Shown one piece after another: positions 58,308 through 64,000 of a stretch of DNA of 64,000 bases. Positions within the stretch are counted from its first letter, which is position 1. Each line of letters opens with the position of its first letter. A program made the translations under genes and the position numbers. Where the stretch lies: assembly GCA_038102935.1 (NCBI GenBank), contig JAYNYG010000007.1, positions 39,270 through 103,269 on the forward strand, given 5' to 3'. A model generated the notes under the pieces. That model searched no databases, had not been told where the DNA came from, and saw only the letters and a program-made list of their open reading frames with translations. The DNA comes from Alphaproteobacteria bacterium (GTDB lineage Bacteria; Pseudomonadota; Alphaproteobacteria; Bin95).

Positions 58308-58517
58308 GTATCGCCTCCCCGGCGCAGTCTTTTTGAAGCGCGCCTGAACGAGAATTGGTCCAGCAGCGAAGCGGCGGAAACCGCCCCGCCCGCCCCAGGC
58401 CCAGTGATGGGTCGAACCGGCGCGTGCGGGCGGGTTTTACTAGGGGTGGCGGGGGATGTCCAATCCACTTTATGGTTAAATTTTCGTAAGGCCTGAATTC
58501 GACCGGGGGAAGACGCA

Positions 58518-59948
58518 ATGGCGGATGCTGAACTGATCAATCTTTCAGCCCAGGAGGCGGTCTCCGCCTTGCGGGCTAGCGAAGTGAAACCTTCTGAATT
58601 GATTGAAGCTGCGGCGGCCCGCATCGACGCTGTAGAGCCTGCGCTAAATGCGCTCCCGATCCTGGCGCTCGATCAGGCGCGCGATGCGGCAAAGAAGCGG
58701 GAAGCGGCCGGCGCCAAGCCCTCTGACCACCCAGCCGATCTCGCCGGGTTACCCATCGCCATCAAAGACTTGGTCGACGTGAAGGGGCTGCCAACGACAT
58801 ATGGCTGCCCGCTCTACAAAGACAATATCGCCACAAAATCCGATCCGCTGGTGACACTGCTGGAAGGCCGGGGCGCTACGGTTATCGCCAAATCGAACTC
58901 GCCGGAATTTGGCATGTTGCCAGTCTCTGACAACCGGGTGTTTGGCGCAACAGCGACCCCCTATGCCTATAACCGCACCTCTGGTGGATCGTCTGGCGGC
59001 GCTGCGGCGGCTGTGGGCGCTGGCGAAGTATGGCTGGCCCATGGGTCTGACGTTGGCGGCAGCTTGCGCATTCCAGCGGCGTTCTGCGGCGTGGTCGGCA
59101 TCCGCCCAAGCCCTGGCCGTGTGCCGCGCGCGCCCTCCAAACGTGGGTTCAGCCCGATGTCCGTGCAAGGGCCGATGGCGAGAAGCGTCGGCGATGTGGC
59201 GCTGTTCTTGGATGCAATGTCAGCCCATGCGCCTGCCGACCCGCTCACGCAACAGGAAATCCCAGGCCAGTTTCAGAAAGCCGTGGCGGAAGCCCGCCCG
59301 CCAAAGCGCATCGCGTTCGCGACGGATTTAGGCCTTGGCGGCGTTGATCCAGAAGTGGAGACCATTGCGCGTTCAGCGTTTCAGAAGTTCGCAGACATGA
59401 GCGCAGCGACGGAAGAAACCCGCCCTGACTTCGGCCAGATCGACGTATTGTTCCGAGCCCTAATCAGCTTCAACTACTTCACTGAACGCGCCGAGTTCGC
59501 AGACGCCAACCGCGACAAGATCGAGCCGGTCCACGGCTTGCTGGTGGACGCCGCGCGCAAGCTGACGATTGATCAATTGGCGGAAGCGCAGCGCTGGCGG
59601 GCGGACCTATTCACCCGCATGGCCACGTTCTTTGAGGAATTTGACGCCCTCGTAACCCCGACCGTCGGCGTGCCGCCATTCGCGAAAGATCTGCGCGGCG
59701 GCGCCGATGTCGATGAATGGGCAGGCTCCAACCCGCCGCGCTGGTTCCATCAGTGCTGGGGTACAGTCCCGCTCTCCAATCCAATTTTGGCGATCCCGGC
59801 GGGCTTCACCAAGGCAGGCCTACCCGTCAGCGTCCAGATCATCACACCCCAGCGCCGGGAGGATACCGCGCTGGCTTACGGCAAATTGCTGGAAGATGCG
59901 CTCGGCCTACCAACCAACCTGCCGAAGGACCCAGTAGGCGACGTTTAG
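58518..59948 (+). CDS. Amidase-signature (GatA-like) amidase
   Basis: GGSSGGAAAAVGAG amidase signature and Ser-cisSer-Lys context, 476 aa. Confidence 0.85.
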   Translation: MADAELINLSAQEAVSALRASEVKPSELIEAAAARIDAVEPALNALPILALDQARDAAKKREAAGAKPSDHPADLAGLPIAIKDLVDVKGLPTTYGCPLYKDNIATKSDPLVTLLEGRGATVIAKSNSPEFGMLPVSDNRVFGATATPYAYNRTSGGSSGGAAAAVGAGEVWLAHGSDVGGSLRIPAAFCGVVGIRPSPGRVPRAPSKRGFSPMSVQGPMARSVGDVALFLDAMSAHAPADPLTQQEIPGQFQKAVAEARPPKRIAFATDLGLGGVDPEVETIARSAFQKFADMSAATEETRPDFGQIDVLFRALISFNYFTERAEFADANRDKIEPVHGLLVDAARKLTIDQLAEAQRWRADLFTRMATFFEEFDALVTPTVGVPPFAKDLRGGADVDEWAGSNPPRWFHQCWGTVPLSNPILAIPAGFTKAGLPVSVQIITPQRREDTALAYGKLLEDALGLPTNLPKDPVGDV

Positions 59949-59981
59949 GGCATTATAGTAGAGTCTTTCACTTCCCCGCAG

Positions 59982-60108
59982 CCTTCCCCCCTCACCCTGC
60001 CCTCTCCCCCCAATTGGGGGGAGAGAGTTCCAGAAGGTAAAATGCGGACTATCTGAGGGTCCCCTCGCCCTCCACAGGAGGGAGAGGGATCAGGGTGAGG
60101 GTGGAAGG
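59982..60108. repeat. REP/BIME-like paired GC-rich hairpin element, copy 2
   Basis: CCCCCCTCACCCTGCCCTCTCCCCCC-AATT-GGGGGGAGAG and CCCCTCGCCCTCC-ACAG-GAGGGAGAGGGATCAGGGTGAGGGTGG in inverted orientation, in the convergent gap between the amidase and amidohydrolase genes. Confidence 0.6.
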
Positions 60109-60143
60109 ATACGATCCGGAGAAACCGACAGCACAGCGTCCTG

Positions 60144-61157
60144 CTAAAACCCATCCATCCGATACGCCTTCGCCGCCGCCCCTGCGAAGAGCGCAGCTTT
60201 CTCTGTATCGCTCGCGCCTGCTGCGATGCGTTTGAAGGCGTTCCAGGTGACCTGATAGCTGGTCCAGCGCTTTTGCACTGGGAAATTTGACTCAAACATA
60301 CTGCGGTCTGCGCCAAAGGCGTCAATGCAGGGTTCAATATACGGGGCCCAGGCGGCGGCGACTTCCTCTGAACCCGGCGGAACGCTTTTGTCGCCCGTGC
60401 GCCGCATCGGCACAGCGCCGAGTTTCACGAACACATTGGGGCATGCGGCGACACGGCGGATCGCGGCCTCCCAATCCAGGCGCACTTCATCCAGCTTGTC
60501 CCGGTAAGGCCCGCCAAGGATCGGACTGCCGACATGGTTTAGGATGATCGTTAGGCTCGGAAAAGCACGCGCAAGATCGGCCACCTCATCCAATTGCGGA
60601 TGATAGAGCCAAACATCCAGCGACAATCCCATGCGGTCCAGAACGCCGACAGCCTCCCGCACGCGGGGGTCCGCCAACATCTCAGGCGCCGGGGCGACGT
60701 TTTGGATTTCCGGCGCTGGGTCCCACCCGGTGGAAAAGCGCACCCCTTTGAAACGCCCACCGGACAGTGCGAGGTGGCGCTCCAACAATGGCTCAACAGC
60801 GCCTCCAAGCGTCATGTCGACATTGCCGAACATGGCGGCGCAGGCATGGGGTGCGCCGAAGGCCCCGCTTTCGCTCATGGCCGCAATGCCAGCCACAAAT
60901 TCCGTTTCGCCGAGCGACCGCTCCGCCGCTAGGCCGTCCATACGGTACATAGATTTGCATTCGGCATAGACGGTCGCGGCGATGTTGTGACCACTCGCCA
61001 TGTCCGCCGCCAACTCTGGCAGGAGATAGAGATACCCGTTCCTAAGCCAAAGATGATGATGCGAATCGATAATCGGCAGATCAGGGTCAATAGCCGGTTC
61101 GGTATAGGTCGCGAGCCAAGCGTCGTCCGGTCCCGTATGTCCAGTATTCGCCGCCAT
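60144..61157 (-). CDS. Amidohydrolase-2 family metal-dependent hydrolase (ACMSD / LigI-like TIM barrel)
   Basis: PIIDSHHHLW metal-binding start, 337 aa. The ATG at 61157 (AAGGG ribosome-binding site) was preferred over the extended ORF. Confidence 0.75.
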   Translation of the reverse strand: MAANTGHTGPDDAWLATYTEPAIDPDLPIIDSHHHLWLRNGYLYLLPELAADMASGHNIAATVYAECKSMYRMDGLAAERSLGETEFVAGIAAMSESGAFGAPHACAAMFGNVDMTLGGAVEPLLERHLALSGGRFKGVRFSTGWDPAPEIQNVAPAPEMLADPRVREAVGVLDRMGLSLDVWLYHPQLDEVADLARAFPSLTIILNHVGSPILGGPYRDKLDEVRLDWEAAIRRVAACPNVFVKLGAVPMRRTGDKSVPPGSEEVAAAWAPYIEPCIDAFGADRSMFESNFPVQKRWTSYQVTWNAFKRIAAGASDTEKAALFAGAAAKAYRMDGF

Positions 61158-61212
61158 GGATAAGCCCTTCGATATGCGCAGGAGGTCTGCGGGAAAGTTG
61201 CAGCAAGACCGC

Positions 61213-62445
61213 TCAGGAAGAAACGCCGACAGCCCCAGCAGCCGCAAGCCCGTCCACGATATCGCCAGGGAGGCCCAGCCAATCTTCCAACACCTCGGCC
61301 GTATGCTCACCAAGGCCGGGGTTCGCGACCCATAGTGGTTCCGGGGAGCCGTGGAAACGTAGTGGGCTGCCGGGGAGAGTGACATTGCCAAGGGCGGGGT
61401 GGTCGATATCGAACATCGCGCGGCGGGTTTTCAGGGGCTCATCTGCCGCCACTTCCGGCATCGTTCGAACAGGCGCTGCGGGTACGCGGTTTTCTTTGCA
61501 GATGCGGGCGACCTCATACTTTGAGAGCCTGCGCGTCCAGGCCTCTGTCATCTCATCGACGCGGGCTTCGTTGCGGGCGCGGGTTGGGCCTTCGGCCAAG
61601 TCCGGGTCTTCGGCGGCTTCAGGGCGGCCCATGGCGCGGGCGAGGGCGTGCCAGTGGCTATCGCGCACGCAGATGATCGCTACGTGACCGTCCGTGCATT
61701 CATAAACGTTATAGGGCGCGCCGGTGCCTGCCGGATGATTATTGCCGCGCCGGGGCGGTTGTACGCCGCCGGCTAAATGCATGGCGGTGAAGGATGTCGC
61801 TTGGGCGGCCAGCGCCGTTTCTTGCATCGCCACCTCGACGACGCGGCCTTTGCCAGTGGCAGACCGCTCATACAGCGCCGTCATCAGCGCGCCATACAAG
61901 TGAATGCCGCCTAAGAAATCCACTACCGCGAGACCCGCTTTCAGCGGCGGACCATCAGCCGGGCCATTCATGGCCATGATGCCGGAATAGGCCTGAATGG
62001 TGAGGTCCATCGCCAGATTGTTCTTGTCTTCGCCCCACACGCCATAGCCGGAGGATGAGCCATAGATCAGGCGCGGATTGCGCTTCAGCAGAACGTCCGA
62101 GCCAACACCCAGCCTATCCATGGCGCCTGGCGCAAAGTTCTCAAGCAGCACATCGGCCTTATCGACCATGTCTAAGAAAACCGCGCGGCCATCGTCTGAT
62201 TTGAGGTTCAGCGCCACGCCGCGCTTGCCCGCATTCAGCATCACATGGGCAAGCGGCACATCTCCGCCTCTGCCGCGAGAGCGGATCGCCTCGCCTTCTA
62301 GCGGCTCGATCTTGACGACATCGGCGCCGGCCTGGGCCATTAGAAACCCGGCATAGGGGCCGTTATATACTTGGCCCAAATCTAGCACTTTCAGGCCTTC
62401 AAGCGGCCAGCGGCCAGCGGCGTCGAATGGCGGCGCGTCAGACAT
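61213..62445 (-). CDS. Family III CoA-transferase (CaiB/BaiF/Frc-like)
   Basis: LEGLKVLDLGQVYNGPYAGFLMAQAGADVVKIEP motif. The ATG shares one nucleotide with the ACAD stop (TGATG). Confidence 0.8.
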   Translation of the reverse strand: MSDAPPFDAAGRWPLEGLKVLDLGQVYNGPYAGFLMAQAGADVVKIEPLEGEAIRSRGRGGDVPLAHVMLNAGKRGVALNLKSDDGRAVFLDMVDKADVLLENFAPGAMDRLGVGSDVLLKRNPRLIYGSSSGYGVWGEDKNNLAMDLTIQAYSGIMAMNGPADGPPLKAGLAVVDFLGGIHLYGALMTALYERSATGKGRVVEVAMQETALAAQATSFTAMHLAGGVQPPRRGNNHPAGTGAPYNVYECTDGHVAIICVRDSHWHALARAMGRPEAAEDPDLAEGPTRARNEARVDEMTEAWTRRLSKYEVARICKENRVPAAPVRTMPEVAADEPLKTRRAMFDIDHPALGNVTLPGSPLRFHGSPEPLWVANPGLGEHTAEVLEDWLGLPGDIVDGLAAAGAVGVSS

Positions 62446-63611
62446 CAGCGAAGGCCTTGGCCCAAGATATCGCGGGCGATGACATGCTTTTGCACCTCGC
62501 TTGGCCCTTCGCCGATGCGGCGGATGCGCATTTCGCGGAACCAGCGTTCGAATGGCAAATCTTTCGCAACGCCAAGCCCGCCATGAATTTGCATGGACCG
62601 GTCCACCACGCGAAATGAACTCTCCGCCGACACATATTTCGCAATGGCGGATTCTGTGCGGAATGGCAGACCTTGGTCTGCCTTGGACGCCGCCTCCAAG
62701 CAAAGCAGCCGCGCCTGACGGATTTCGATTTCGTTCTCCACCAACATCCATTGGATGCCCTGGCGGGAGGACAATGGCGCGCCGAAGGTTTCGCGGATTT
62801 TGGAATATTCCACGGCGCGCTCATGGGCGGCGATGGCCGCACTCACGCAGGTTGCTCCATAGGGAATGCGCTGGCGGGCCAGGCGGAAATTGTCTATGTC
62901 GAACCCGCCGCCGACCTTGCCAAGGATGTTCTTGTCCGGCACGCGCAGGTCCTCAAACCCAAGCTCGGTCGCATAGCGGGCCGAGCGGAGCGTGTGGACG
63001 ACACGGCGGACATGGAAACCCGGCCAATCGGTCTCCACGATAAAGCAGGTAACGCCGTCGCGGCCGCTGCTCGTATCCGTGCGGGCGAAGACGAGGCCGT
63101 AATCGGCTTTGTCGGCGCCGCTGATCCAAAGCTTCTGGCCGTTGATGATCCAGTCATCGCCGTCTTTCACCGCGCGCGTTTGGATCGCGCGGGCGGGGTC
63201 CGATCCGCCAGAGGGCTCGGAGAGACCAAAGAAGGTTTTCTTCTCGCCGCGCAGCATTGGGTAGAGATATTTTTCTTTCTGATAATCCGTCGCTTCGAAA
63301 AGCTGCGCTTGCCCAGCGCCGCCGAAGACATTGTAGGAGGGTGCGTAAATTCCGGCGCGATGCTGTGAGATTTCCAGCGCGATCAGCGTCCGGGTAACGA
63401 GATCAATATCCGGCCCGCCATATTCCGGGGGCGTATCAAGGCCATAGAGGCCCATTTCCTTCGTGATATTGGTGAGCCGCTCAAAGTCTTCAGGCTCAAG
63501 TTCATCGGTATCCGGGTCGAGCTTATCTTCCAGCGGCAGAATTTCTTCGCGCACAAACCGCCGACACATATCGACGATCATCTTCTGCTCTTCGCTCAGA
63601 TCAAAATCCAT
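62445..63611 (-). CDS. Acyl-CoA dehydrogenase
   Basis: MDFDLSEEQKMIVDMCRRFV...FGLSEPSGGSDPA...ACAD fold. The ATG at 63611 has a GAGGAAGAG ribosome-binding site. The longer ORF reads through a REP element and was rejected. Confidence 0.85.
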   Translation of the reverse strand: MDFDLSEEQKMIVDMCRRFVREEILPLEDKLDPDTDELEPEDFERLTNITKEMGLYGLDTPPEYGGPDIDLVTRTLIALEISQHRAGIYAPSYNVFGGAGQAQLFEATDYQKEKYLYPMLRGEKKTFFGLSEPSGGSDPARAIQTRAVKDGDDWIINGQKLWISGADKADYGLVFARTDTSSGRDGVTCFIVETDWPGFHVRRVVHTLRSARYATELGFEDLRVPDKNILGKVGGGFDIDNFRLARQRIPYGATCVSAAIAAHERAVEYSKIRETFGAPLSSRQGIQWMLVENEIEIRQARLLCLEAASKADQGLPFRTESAIAKYVSAESSFRVVDRSMQIHGGLGVAKDLPFERWFREMRIRRIGEGPSEVQKHVIARDILGQGLR

Positions 63612-63645
63612 TGTCTCTTCCTCGCTACCGCTTGTCTTTGTGGCA

Positions 63646-63763
63646 GGCGCCCCCCTCACCCTGTCCCTCTCCCCCCTTTGGGGGGCGAGGAGAATGCGTG
63701 GCGGCGCTTACTTCCTAGCTCCTCTCTCCCCAACGGCGGGAGAGGTTGGGTGAGGGGGGCGCC
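63646..63763. repeat. REP/BIME-like paired GC-rich hairpin element, copy 3
   Basis: CCCCCCTCACCCTGTCCCTCTCCCCCC-TTT-GGGGGGCGAGGAG and CTCCTCTCTCCCC-AAC-GGCGGGAGAGGTTGGGTGAGGGGGGCGCC. Confidence 0.6.
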
Positions 63764-64000
63764 GCCGCGGACTGTTTTCAGCCGCATTGAGAATAGCGTC
63801 GCCAACACCCTCCAAATTCTGCATCACCTCATGATTCCAAAACCGGATCACCTGGTACCCGACCCTATTCAATTCTTTGGTCCGCACAACATCCTTCTCT
63901 CGTCCATCACCACCATGCTGCCCGCCATCGACTTCAACAATCAACCAGCGCTCGGCACAGAGAAAATCTGCGTAGTAACGGCTAACGGAAACCTGACGCC
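63708..64000 (-). CDS. DUF559 (Vsr-like endonuclease fold) domain protein, partial; N-terminus lies beyond the window
   Basis: ...MIVEVDGGQHGGDGREKDVVRTKELNRVGYQVIRFWNHEV is the DUF559 C-terminal signature. The last 20 codons (PRRRPPHPTSPAVGERGARK) are contributed by the REP element. Confidence 0.5.
   Translation of the reverse strand, partial: RQVSVSRYYADFLCAERWLIVEVDGGQHGGDGREKDVVRTKELNRVGYQVIRFWNHEVMQNLEGVGDAILNAAENSPRRRPPHPTSPAVGERGARK

Noticed and set aside
58330-58420. GC-rich dyad CCCGCCCGC...GCGGGCGGG followed by TTTTAC in the amidase / ABC divergent region.
   Set aside because: The loop is very long (about 40 nt) and the T-run is weak. It could be a weak terminator or a protein-binding site, but this is not supportable from sequence alone.
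63612-63659. Extended ACAD start (MRGAPATKTSGSEEET).
   Set aside because: It reads through REP copy 3. The ATG at 63611 has a good ribosome-binding site and yields the conserved ACAD N-terminus MDFDLSEEQK.

Overview
This is a high-GC (roughly 60-65% by eye) chromosomal segment that looks alphaproteobacterial. It is densely packed with genes, and I saw no integrase, transposase, phage gene or CRISPR array. The first 8 kb is conserved core: a partial pal, then cpoB/ybgF, tilS, ftsH (the tol-pal/tilS/ftsH neighbourhood typical of Alphaproteobacteria), followed by the sdhCDAB succinate dehydrogenase operon. The next stretch carries a DksA/TraR-type zinc-finger gene convergent with a 1019-aa FG-GAP/RTX-repeat protein, a divergent mntR / Mn-Zn-type ABC importer locus (binding protein, ATPase, two permeases), a D-Ala-D-Ala carboxypeptidase with a C-terminal SPOR domain, a small NDUFS4-like protein, tRNA-Arg(TCT), a Baeyer-Villiger monooxygenase, and a 980-aa CBM6-like plus cadherin-like repeat protein behind a 370-bp AT-rich spacer. 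A second housekeeping block follows (holA, lptE and leuS all on the minus strand, a DUF3576 lipoprotein, gshB, yifB/comM). After it come a secreted EB_dh-like putative heme-binding protein with an MCP chemoreceptor, an isolated cobM, and a large palindrome exactly filling a convergent intergenic gap. The second half (35-64 kb) is a run of accessory metabolic modules without any regulator in view: (i) a translationally coupled class-IV aminotransferase / hydantoinase B / hydantoinase A / ThDP-enzyme operon with a divergent MmgE/PrpD gene; (ii) a haloacid dehalogenase / VOC / BisC-type molybdoenzyme / SMP-30 lactonase / SDR / enoyl-CoA hydratase group; (iii) a Lon-N-domain plus thioredoxin-TPR pair; (iv) a globin-coupled (HemAT-like) chemoreceptor split by a frameshift; (v) a luciferase-like oxidoreductase next to a GldA/F/G-like ABC system with DUF4340; (vi) an amidase and an acyl-CoA dehydrogenase / CoA-transferase / amidohydrolase-2 operon; (vii) a partial DUF559 gene at the window edge. 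Three copies of a GC-rich paired-hairpin element of the REP/BIME type (core CCCTCTCCCCCC...GGGGGGAGAGGG) sit in intergenic spaces. I found no classical defence system. The candidates for something undescribed are the lactam/hydantoin-type catabolic operon, the frameshifted globin sensor, the EB_dh-MCP pair, the long palindrome and the REP family.
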